Source of the DNA: an uncultured Lachnospiraceae bacterium
GTDB taxonomy: Bacteria > Bacillota > Clostridia > Lachnospirales > Lachnospiraceae
Reading direction: 5' to 3'
NCBI GenBank assembly: GCA_910577955.1
Contig: CAJTNC010000016.1
Span: 6,995 to 70,994 of the forward strand
DNA length: 64,000 bases
Shown: positions 19,901 to 25,801 of the stretch, piece by piece
How the letters are laid out: the number at the start of each line of letters is the position of its first letter
Position numbering within the stretch: the stretch's first letter is position 1
The notes under the pieces: generated by a model
The model's input: the letters and a program-made list of their open reading frames with translations, nothing else
What the model was told of the DNA's origin: nothing
The model's database searches: none
Translations under genes and position numbers: made by a program

Positions 19901-19942
19901 TCTGTATTGCTGCCCGTTTTTGCAGAAAAATATTATGAGTGA
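13919..19942 (+). CDS. Giant (2007 aa) cytoplasmic multidomain protein: N-terminal HATPase_c-like module, two PRTase-like modules, C-terminal histidine-kinase-like transmitter; function unknown
   Basis: Uninterrupted 6-kb ORF with an AGAGGGGG SD. Module 1 has 'ENIIFHSAN', 'VTDYPG', 'NHYGLRIF' and 'GTGYSVLFPI'. The PRTase-like PRPP loop is 'IHFFYVDETIVTGNT' followed by 'FVLIDRN'; a degenerate copy is 'IVCIIPIASTLKT'. The C-terminal module has 'MVNAVTDG', 'NRIGAGAG', 'GQGISLWSM' and 'YFSVLLPV'. No TM segment or signal peptide. Confidence 0.85.
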   Translation: MEKKTVVFMLEYLRTGGWGAISDFITKFSERIPMNRSDTAIASSCLFKEFKSGSNFDLAKLIIKKREKFKKIERPEKIYDAGEEYYYVFFISVQYERLEDVVDLQSLYLLIDACDTVKAIALIEGIQKEYHKTSHFFSFLTERKGGIYESIFFKSDDIKHLQRAGIGTLSRFLPLIPVNRSTEKLFRQNVSEIITQEQIVRCLEGSKGEGKNTGIWAGALKKLTENRGRLKQCDLQQCAAYMGNVETLSFLLFCFFLDGIKEDFWDFGGFSREFQKISIWTNGCIQLIENIIFHSANQKGAFSFRLLESNNVYLKSKYGIGDDEKIWLELMVTDYPGRSHTRNIAQNFCENLAEDNIRSCFKGLSPEDFFAEGNKAEIDEAWRKYYLDKGNMVNHYGLRIFHKAVIKSNGYFIMQSHSTHIPREGERFCMSRDIREEKNKICMPGTGYSVLFPIVREGIKREYIDYGIENYEGRLKDDDQFFDYEVIPKRLSIAGDISSAKTKRKTINDLAKEIGDNENSKSIVCINCENFPGNHGEIVYKAVNLAMLKYEKNFHVVLYGCHSEFVQVFLTAAYLGWQNLKEESTYNGKKQIALYTAGQYEEIRILPENWYATLELNRKNNFSRETRWADYFEKWDSGTAQERAKTYVANYPFDVVATDEQGNTIFEKYVETVIERNIQSEKLGCKIENVHMRLGSTIHVNHFYEAEILFGNFYFVERFAMLMIKSMCRSEEKPPIQSTDKVTLYGYSNYSEQTVYCTMQFLRRMLPGIDVDYAILEREAEERGFTHVDRIRYSTYFEEDGIKRRKEHFRSRKIVCIIPIASTLKTNEKMINLFAEENGKETRDAFWHNFELILVGSAEDNEYWEKEGKHISGKKGMEISPEPEFFVEVALTYMEPLKCNMCFPECIIDEQPLVEVNAASTIPNQAFGLIEEKCGLPAITRDQILQEEEKMEILKDILIYRHIEKNENHFLFYFQSERLLIRYSEKIRDWLKGIGGEIKKSIAREDYVVLFCPAHFSNAGFVECVNNYVFGSAAVVIRDDVDKEYRCNFKTKFSNMRKFVEKIAKYQSDNGERQRRIHFFYVDETIVTGNTFQRAKSLVQSVIGDYVLSERQKYVVFEGIFVLIDRNSRSSRWQYTGLGEEERLYAFRTIHISSVRNHGDACVYCNLAKEAETLKRSSVTKTMEKYWESEEEKFSVKPLVRYLRYGEESGGQQEDVKKKQEDVEKKKKRAFRRLCCTNNAMVFLKDEYHGNQKEVVLEQLLTLILEGSAIHAGEEAEYFLSYCKVLSRPFRVFDKGVKEAVFDFLLVACQSALAEEPYGDIIKSSVKKPYLRKENIKLKLLDVERFVQDYFRTGDMWQDLLKVLLKQLTEMKSNFILRETNMRQILEYANGLNEGNKIKFLQYYKCLTKRLTGISSDTSKCLWLDNMLRDRPELLKQAVPQDIYLENVWIYQDAFQKLNGRIRAAGWAEILESSSGDISEENLARFEREELEEHITPYQFKDFIKLLELYGLREETAGFCEEGRVFVAANYLLYKFISQEFTKSPKKADPAKQGNLDKVDHIAACIKHIIKAKDVVIMMEFNAEYDLWESKLIERYNALMTEPQGKIKHDLKKEYLVLGSSGGRSKEWTIKESEAISLVQKVQNKKGLTEKEYSFSLKEGTFLWEVGHTTEYPVYIFARWEGSEQGSMAEIDRLNRIRSVLQYCWMLNDSVFNKGNEVFFYEIARQRKQNAIQSMQKAYTHTKSDIRMEQYNHMLNKKKYNGYFQSELLMLLADLNVSEHYRKSLTMDYYLEGIPMRPERWNSELSLFKDMNSFYILNSDDEKATELKVSKEVLFEGDIPLQGDEEVIALDYTNAERETFLLIYSLMVNAVTDGRGFMENNCVTVYCTKTAGGRLRLANRIGAGAGVRTPEQIMEGLRYPPEEEGQGISLWSMSRYIKRMIANYLNTDIKKLERSAGDVDPASLILLGNKIKKMMGEEFRIDIRKEKVGDKEYFSVLLPVFAEKYYE

Positions 19943-19959
19943 TGGTGAGGAGGTTTTAC

Positions 19960-20448
19960 ATGAAAAGAATTGTGATAGTTGAAGACAGACCGTGGAAAAT
20001 GCGGAGTTGCATTAAGGAACTGCAGAGCAAGGGGATAACCTTCTATAAGACAATATACTATCGCAACAATTCATTAGATACGAAGACACAGGAAGAATTG
20101 CTGAATCAGTATATTGAGGATACAGGCATGGAAATCGAGAGGGTGAACAGTCAGGAAGAATTTGTGAGCAAAATGGATGATGCGTATCAAGTTTCCGATA
20201 CTATTTTTCTGATGGATTATGATCTGAAAGGAGATATGAACAGGGAAGACTTTTTTACGAGAGTCAATGTGAGGTATGCGCTTGCAAGGGACAAAGAACG
20301 GATATGGTTCTATACGACAGGGCCAAGCGATATCAAGGGAATACTGTTGGATACTTTTCCCGACCATGTAATCAGCGTAAAGGTTACGGACAATATGCAG
20401 GGATTCTGGGATGAGGAACAGATAAGGGCTGCCGTTCAGACCGGTTAA
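19960..20448 (+). CDS. Stand-alone receiver (CheY-like REC) domain protein
   Basis: 'RIVIVEDRP' is a beta1 strand with an acidic pair. 'TIFLMDYDLKGD' holds the candidate phospho-Asp D86, 'IWFYTTGP' holds T119/T120, and 'VISVK' holds K141. The D-T-K spacing (33/22) mirrors CheY D57-T87-K109. GGTGAGGAGG SD lies 6 nt before the ATG, 17 nt after the giant ORF stop. Confidence 0.6.
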   Translation: MKRIVIVEDRPWKMRSCIKELQSKGITFYKTIYYRNNSLDTKTQEELLNQYIEDTGMEIERVNSQEEFVSKMDDAYQVSDTIFLMDYDLKGDMNREDFFTRVNVRYALARDKERIWFYTTGPSDIKGILLDTFPDHVISVKVTDNMQGFWDEEQIRAAVQTG

Positions 20449-20466
20449 GACCGCAGGAGCAGAGAT

Positions 20467-21558
20467 ATGGATATTTTGTACTATTATACAACGGCAGAGA
20501 CAATGAAATATATTCTGACGCAGGGAGATATATTTGCCACGCATATCAGTTATCTGAACGATTCGGAAGAGTATGTGAATGGTTTGCGGGAACTCAGAGA
20601 GGTGTTTTCAGGAGAGAGTCTGAGAGAACTGTGCGGCACAGGAATAAAAGAATATCTGGAAGGGGAAGCTTATGAAGACGCGCTGAAAGATATTCCGCAG
20701 ATTTATTCTATCTCTTTTTCAAAAGAAGCAGATTTGTTGAGCCAGTGGTATATGTATGCGAGGGAATCCGGTGTCCGTCTGGGGATGCTGTTTTCCGGAG
20801 AAAAGCAGAACTTTAAAATAAAGCAGAAGGATGCAAAAGGGTTGAAAGCTCCGGATGATAAGATGAGGGAGGCAGAGGCATCCTTAAAGGATGTACATTA
20901 TTTTACCCGGATAGGTATGTCGTTGGAGGAATATACTGAAGCAACGGAATCTATTGCGCAGATTGTGAAAGAATATGCGGAAGAGCTTGGAGTAGATGAT
21001 TTTGACGCGAATGCTGTCCGACTTTGGAAAGGGATCGCGCCTTACATAAAAAATTATGAATTTCGGCAGGAAAGAGAAGTAAGGCTTGTATTTGATGCCG
21101 TTATTCGGGGGGCAAGCAGTTCCTATGTGGATCTGATAGAATACCGGAATGGGAACGGAGTTCTGATTCCTTATCTGGATGTATACCGTGAAAAGGGCTG
21201 GCCCGTTGTAGAGATTATGGTAGGTCCGGGCAGAAATCAGGACAGGGTGTTCCGCAGCATCTGTCATTTTGTGGACAATAATAGTTTAAAGATTCCGGAA
21301 ATAGACCAGAAGGAGAGCGTGAGGCGCTTCATGGGGGGTATGTCCTCCTATCAGGTAGAACAGAATCAGATTGAGGCATATTGCGGAGAAATTGATAAGA
21401 GCGTTGCAGAGGGAGGAAAAATTATAACCCATAAAAGTGCGGCGTATGAAATCTTAAAAAAGAAAACAGGCCGCGAACGGGAATATTTGGAAAGAAATTA
21501 TTATTCTAATTGCGGAATCATTGTGAGAAAGTCTAATGCGCCGTATGTTTTTTCCTAA
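20467..21558 (+). CDS. DUF2971-like protein (unknown function)
   Basis: 'ILYYYTTAETMKYILTQGDIFATHISYLNDSEE', 'IYSISFSKEADLLSQWYMYA' and 'IKNYEFRQEREVRLV' match the three conserved blocks I associate with DUF2971. AGGAG SD lies 7 nt upstream, 18 nt after the REC gene. Confidence 0.6.
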   Translation: MDILYYYTTAETMKYILTQGDIFATHISYLNDSEEYVNGLRELREVFSGESLRELCGTGIKEYLEGEAYEDALKDIPQIYSISFSKEADLLSQWYMYARESGVRLGMLFSGEKQNFKIKQKDAKGLKAPDDKMREAEASLKDVHYFTRIGMSLEEYTEATESIAQIVKEYAEELGVDDFDANAVRLWKGIAPYIKNYEFRQEREVRLVFDAVIRGASSSYVDLIEYRNGNGVLIPYLDVYREKGWPVVEIMVGPGRNQDRVFRSICHFVDNNSLKIPEIDQKESVRRFMGGMSSYQVEQNQIEAYCGEIDKSVAEGGKIITHKSAAYEILKKKTGREREYLERNYYSNCGIIVRKSNAPYVFS

Positions 21559-21567
21559 ATTTAAACA

Positions 21568-23352
21568 CTAGCTCACCTTGTAAACATAAATATGATACCA
21601 GCTATCCTCGGTTTCAAAAGGGGCTTCCCGCAAAAGGGACAGTCCCTTTTTTTCTGCATCCATCAGGTATGCGGCGGAAAAAACATACTGACAGTTCAAT
21701 TCTTTTAACACTTCCGTATTCAGATCAAGGTCATAGATCACACTGTTCCATTTTTTTTCAAATGTATAGTAGTTTGCCTGTTCGGCGGTAGTAATATAGC
21801 AGCGGTTTCCCCACGAATCAAAGAATGTTTGGACGTAGTCGTTTTTTTGAAGTTCCCCCTCGATGATCCGGCGGAACGTGTGCTTGTATTCCAACGGATA
21901 ATTGTTGGAGTAACCGTCCAGACAATAAAATCCGTTGTAGGCCGCGGCAGCAGGATAAATGCCGATACTGACAACGCGGTACTCCTCTTTCGGCTTTCCG
22001 ATGGCTTCTTCGATCTGGCTGAAAATATCCTCCGAGAAAAAATTATTCCAGTCTAAAGCGTAGTAATTGCCGCCTTTTAACAGCTTGGCAAGATTAGGGT
22101 AGAGGGCGCTGTGAAACAGTACCGTTAAGCACCAGAAGCCGAGCGATGCAAAAACTACAGCCTGTCCGAACAGGCGCTTTATAGGCGCATCGTCAAATAA
22201 TTCAACAACAAATGAAAGCAGATACGCGGCCAGAACACACCATGCAGCCGGCAGCAGCCAGTTCACCCGGCTAAGGTTGAAAGTCTTTAAAAGTCCGTCT
22301 GAGGCGTTTCGAAGTCCGGTCATGAAAGTTCCATGATAAAAACAGGAAAACAGACATATCATAATAATAGCCAGCAGAGTTATGGAAGCTTTAAAAAGCA
22401 GTGCGTTAGAGGAGGCGGGCATTTTCAAAGCGGAAGGTATTCCGTTTTTTCGGACCCTCAAGGTGCATTGGATGAGAGGAATCAGCAGGCACAGGCCGAT
22501 CAGGAATAAAAGCACGATGTGGTAACTTTGTGCGTAATCGGCGCCTTTTCCAAAGAGAGCCTTAAAATGGGAGAACGGCTCTACGGGAGAAAGAACAAGT
22601 TCGGTTTTGTGGCTGATATATGTGCTGCGGGGAATAAGGACTTGTTTTGCCAGTTCCAGATTGCAAAGGATATAGGTAAGCAGTAAAACTAAGGTGGAAA
22701 GCCACGGTGAAAGAGGGATTCTGCGTTTAGAGCGCAGCGCCTGAATGCTCTGAAAAACTGCAAAGATTCCCAGAACAAGCAGGCAGGCGAATCCCACCAA
22801 CACAGGGGAGGAGGAAGCGCCGTAAAAGAGGATCAGCAAATAGTAAAAGAGTTTTCGCTTATTTTCATGCAGCGACAGTACCGCGTAAAACAGCAGCGGC
22901 TGACCGGGAATACAGAGCCCGTACACAGGGTAAAAGGGCAACAGCATAAAAATAACGGAAATGCTGAAGGAGATAAATTCCCGCCCTGTAAGTTTAGACA
23001 AAAGCAGGTACATTCCGACAAAAGCCACAAGGTACACAAGCCATTGTGACAGCATAAAAGCGCAAAAAGGCTCAAAAAAGACGTAAAGCAGGACGAGAAG
23101 CGGAGCGGGCGGAACGGCGCCTGCCGCCGGAAGCCCGTTCATGATTTCGGGGTAAACGCGGACATCCGTAAACAGATATCTGGCTGCCAGTATATAATTT
23201 AACAGTTCTCCGTCCAGTTGGTCATGATAGGTGACGATACTGCCTGTGCCCAACAGTATATATGGCATCATAAGACAGACTGACAGTAAGAGTCCCGCAC
23301 AAAGATATAAGGTTTTTTTGTGCGTATGGTAAAAAGTAAATAATGTTTTCAT
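21568..23352 (-). CDS. Polytopic membrane protein with a C-terminal extracytoplasmic domain (DUF6044/YfhO-like glycopolymer-associated; tentative)
   Basis: 594 aa with about 12 TM helices, then a soluble ~170-aa C-terminus. It is one of three supported minus-strand genes in the window. Its stop is 9 nt from the stop of the DUF2971 gene. Confidence 0.65.
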   Translation of the reverse strand: MKTLFTFYHTHKKTLYLCAGLLLSVCLMMPYILLGTGSIVTYHDQLDGELLNYILAARYLFTDVRVYPEIMNGLPAAGAVPPAPLLVLLYVFFEPFCAFMLSQWLVYLVAFVGMYLLLSKLTGREFISFSISVIFMLLPFYPVYGLCIPGQPLLFYAVLSLHENKRKLFYYLLILFYGASSSPVLVGFACLLVLGIFAVFQSIQALRSKRRIPLSPWLSTLVLLLTYILCNLELAKQVLIPRSTYISHKTELVLSPVEPFSHFKALFGKGADYAQSYHIVLLFLIGLCLLIPLIQCTLRVRKNGIPSALKMPASSNALLFKASITLLAIIMICLFSCFYHGTFMTGLRNASDGLLKTFNLSRVNWLLPAAWCVLAAYLLSFVVELFDDAPIKRLFGQAVVFASLGFWCLTVLFHSALYPNLAKLLKGGNYYALDWNNFFSEDIFSQIEEAIGKPKEEYRVVSIGIYPAAAAYNGFYCLDGYSNNYPLEYKHTFRRIIEGELQKNDYVQTFFDSWGNRCYITTAEQANYYTFEKKWNSVIYDLDLNTEVLKELNCQYVFSAAYLMDAEKKGLSLLREAPFETEDSWYHIYVYKVS

Positions 23353-23458
23353 AAAAATATAATAATAAGGAAAGGGCAGTCTGTCAACTCCCCCTTGCCC
23401 ATTCAGTCGGCCTGTGATAAAATTAGAAAATGTAAAAAAATAGGAAATGAGGACAATT

Positions 23459-24457
23459 ATGTTAAACGATAAAACAATTTTGATTACCGGAGGAACAGGA
23501 ACTTTTGGAAATGCTTTTGTGCGTTATGTGCTGGAGCATTATGAGCCCAAAAAACTGATTATTTATTCCAGAGATGAATTTAAGCAGTTTCTGATGCAGA
23601 ATGAGTTGAGACAATATAAGGACAAGCTGCGCTTTTTTATCGGCGATGTGCGCGACAGAGAGAGGCTTAACAGAGCTTTTGACGGCGTGGACTATGTGAT
23701 CCATGCGGCGGCGATGAAGCAGGTGCCGGCCTGTGAGTACAATCCCGATGAGGCTATCAAGACCAACATTCAGGGAGCGCAGAATGTGACGGCGGCGGCT
23801 TTGGATGCGGGGGTAAAAAAAGTTGTGGCGCTCTCCACCGACAAGGCGGTCAATCCCGTCAATCTGTACGGCGGCACGAAACTGGTGTCCGATAAGCTGT
23901 TCATTGCGGCGAACGCATATGCCGGAAAGAAAGAGACCTGCTTTTCTATTGTCCGCTATGGAAATGTGGCGGGCAGCAGGGGATCTGTCATTCCGTTTTT
24001 CAGAAATATTATCGAACAGGGAGGGAAGGAACTGCCGATCACAGATTACCGCATGACTCGCTTCTGGATCAGCATCACGCAGGGCGTGGAACTGGTGATC
24101 AAAGCGTTGGAGGAATCACGGGGCGGCGAGACATTTATCTCCAGAATTCCTTCCTTTAAGATCACCGATCTGGCGCAGGCGATGCTGCCGGGCTGCGAGA
24201 TGCCGGAGGTGGGTATTCGTGAGGGAGAAAAATTGCATGAGATCATGGTGACGGAGGAAGATGCGCCGACCACCTATGAGTATGATAAGCATTTTATCAT
24301 CTTTCCGCAGATGATCTGGAACAGCAGGCAGAAGCCCAATCCTGACGGTCTCGGAAAGAAGGTGCCGGATAGATTTTCCTATAGTTCCGGCAACAATGCA
24401 CAGTGGATGTCGGTGGAAGAGATCAGAGAGAGGCTGGCGCATCTGGAGGAGCACTGA
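23459..24457 (+). CDS. pseB: UDP-N-acetylglucosamine 4,6-dehydratase (inverting), PseB/FlaA1-type
   Basis: 'MLNDKTILITGGTGTFGNAF', 'YSRDEFKQ', 'GDVRD' and 'YGGTKLVSDKLF' (YxxxK). About 332 aa. GAGGA lies 5 nt before ATG 23459. Confidence 0.8.
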   Translation: MLNDKTILITGGTGTFGNAFVRYVLEHYEPKKLIIYSRDEFKQFLMQNELRQYKDKLRFFIGDVRDRERLNRAFDGVDYVIHAAAMKQVPACEYNPDEAIKTNIQGAQNVTAAALDAGVKKVVALSTDKAVNPVNLYGGTKLVSDKLFIAANAYAGKKETCFSIVRYGNVAGSRGSVIPFFRNIIEQGGKELPITDYRMTRFWISITQGVELVIKALEESRGGETFISRIPSFKITDLAQAMLPGCEMPEVGIREGEKLHEIMVTEEDAPTTYEYDKHFIIFPQMIWNSRQKPNPDGLGKKVPDRFSYSSGNNAQWMSVEEIRERLAHLEEH

Positions 24458-24458
24458 T

Positions 24459-25709
24459 ATGCTGTCTGCGGCAGAAAAAAACAGGAAAATTAACCACGGG
24501 GCGGAGATCGTATTTGTACTGTGCCTGATCGGATACACGGCGCTGATGTACCGTCTGTTTTACTTGCAGGCGCTTCACTGCGGGATCAGGGACAGTTATG
24601 TTTCGGATATCAAAGCCTACCTTCAGACAATAATGGGACTTGAGAGCGGCTATGATTTTCCTTATCCGGTCTATTTTGCATTCGGAAAATTTTTTCTGCT
24701 GTTTACGAATGTGGCTGTAGCCGGCGCGCTGGCGGCGGCGCTGCTCAATTCCTTGGGAGTTGTCATTCTCTATTACTATATGCAGAAGGCGCTGCGTGAG
24801 TATGCGAAAGGAACAGTTTTTGAAAATTACGGGGGATTTATTGCTGTATTTCTCTCTTTCAGTATGTTCTTTGTCTCCATGCTGTACCTTCCGGGAGGCA
24901 TGTATCTGCCGGGACTCGGGAGAAAATACCTAGGCACGTTTACACCGAATCCCTACCACAATATTACCTATATGGCGACAAGACCTTTTGCGACGTTAGC
25001 GTTTTTTCAGTTTGTGCGGATCCTTGATTATTATGAGGAAAAAACGAATGTGAAAGAGTTTTGCCTGTTTGGTCTGAGCCTTCTTTTGACAACTATGACA
25101 AAGCCCAGTTATACGCTGGTTTTGGTGTCGGCAGCGGGGTTATTGATGCTTTACAGGCTGTTTCGCAGCAAAGGGAAAACATTTAAAAGAGCGTTTTATC
25201 TGGGGCTTGCCTTCGTCCCTACCTTTATAGATTTGCTTTACCAGTTCGGCGGGGTATTCGGCGCGCATTCTCAGGCAGGAGAAGAAGGCGGCATTGGCTT
25301 TGGTTTTGGGTCGGTATGGAAATTATATACGGGCAATATACCGTTTTCGGCGGCGCTGGCGATGGGGTTTCCGCTGCTTGTACTTGTTCTGCATTTGGGG
25401 GAGCTGAAGAAAAATATGCTCTACCGTTTTTCGTGGGCGCAGCTTATCGTCAGCGCCGGTGAGTTTTTCCTGCTTTACGAAAAGGGCCGCCGCTTTGCGG
25501 ATGCGAACTTTTCATGGGGGTATATGCATGGACTGTTTTTTGTATTTGTGGCGAGTCTGCTTGTGTTGGCGGAAGATATGATGAGGAAACACGGAAAAAC
25601 GGGGATTCCCGTACTGTGTTTGCAGTGGCTGGCGTTCGGGGGACACCTGCTGTGCGGAGCGGTGTATTTTTTCTATGTCTGGAGAGGAAATCCATACCAT
25701 CTGTTTTAA
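24459..25709 (+). CDS. Polytopic membrane protein (unknown; polymerase- or ligase-like topology)
   Basis: About 416 aa with 10 or more TM helices. ATG 24459 is 1 nt after the pseB stop. The longer ORF from 24396 overlaps pseB and is less likely. Confidence 0.6.
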   Translation: MLSAAEKNRKINHGAEIVFVLCLIGYTALMYRLFYLQALHCGIRDSYVSDIKAYLQTIMGLESGYDFPYPVYFAFGKFFLLFTNVAVAGALAAALLNSLGVVILYYYMQKALREYAKGTVFENYGGFIAVFLSFSMFFVSMLYLPGGMYLPGLGRKYLGTFTPNPYHNITYMATRPFATLAFFQFVRILDYYEEKTNVKEFCLFGLSLLLTTMTKPSYTLVLVSAAGLLMLYRLFRSKGKTFKRAFYLGLAFVPTFIDLLYQFGGVFGAHSQAGEEGGIGFGFGSVWKLYTGNIPFSAALAMGFPLLVLVLHLGELKKNMLYRFSWAQLIVSAGEFFLLYEKGRRFADANFSWGYMHGLFFVFVASLLVLAEDMMRKHGKTGIPVLCLQWLAFGGHLLCGAVYFFYVWRGNPYHLF

Positions 25710-25801
25710 AGAATCCCGAAGCGAAAGTTTGACAATTTATTTCAGACTGACTATAATATGCAGAGTGAGATCTAAAGCAGGGGAAGGCAGTGAGAAATAT
25801 C

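Noticed and set aside
13919-19942. Considered whether the giant ORF is an NRPS/PKS, a surface adhesin, a toxin (RHS/polymorphic) or a helicase-nuclease.
   Set aside because: It has no adenylation, condensation or KS motifs. It has no signal peptide, LPXTG or repeat architecture, and no RHS/YD repeats. I could not find a Walker A P-loop (GxxxxGK[ST]) or DEAD/DExH boxes. The motifs that are present are HATPase_c-like and PRTase-like.
24396-24458. N-terminal extension of the membrane-protein ORF overlapping pseB. Similar extended ORF-track starts occur at 12517, 19939, 29697, 56730, 59712 and 41171.
   Set aside because: Internal ATG or GTG codons with properly spaced SD sequences lie just after the upstream stop codons. 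The extensions encode Arg/Trp-rich junk that overlaps the preceding gene.
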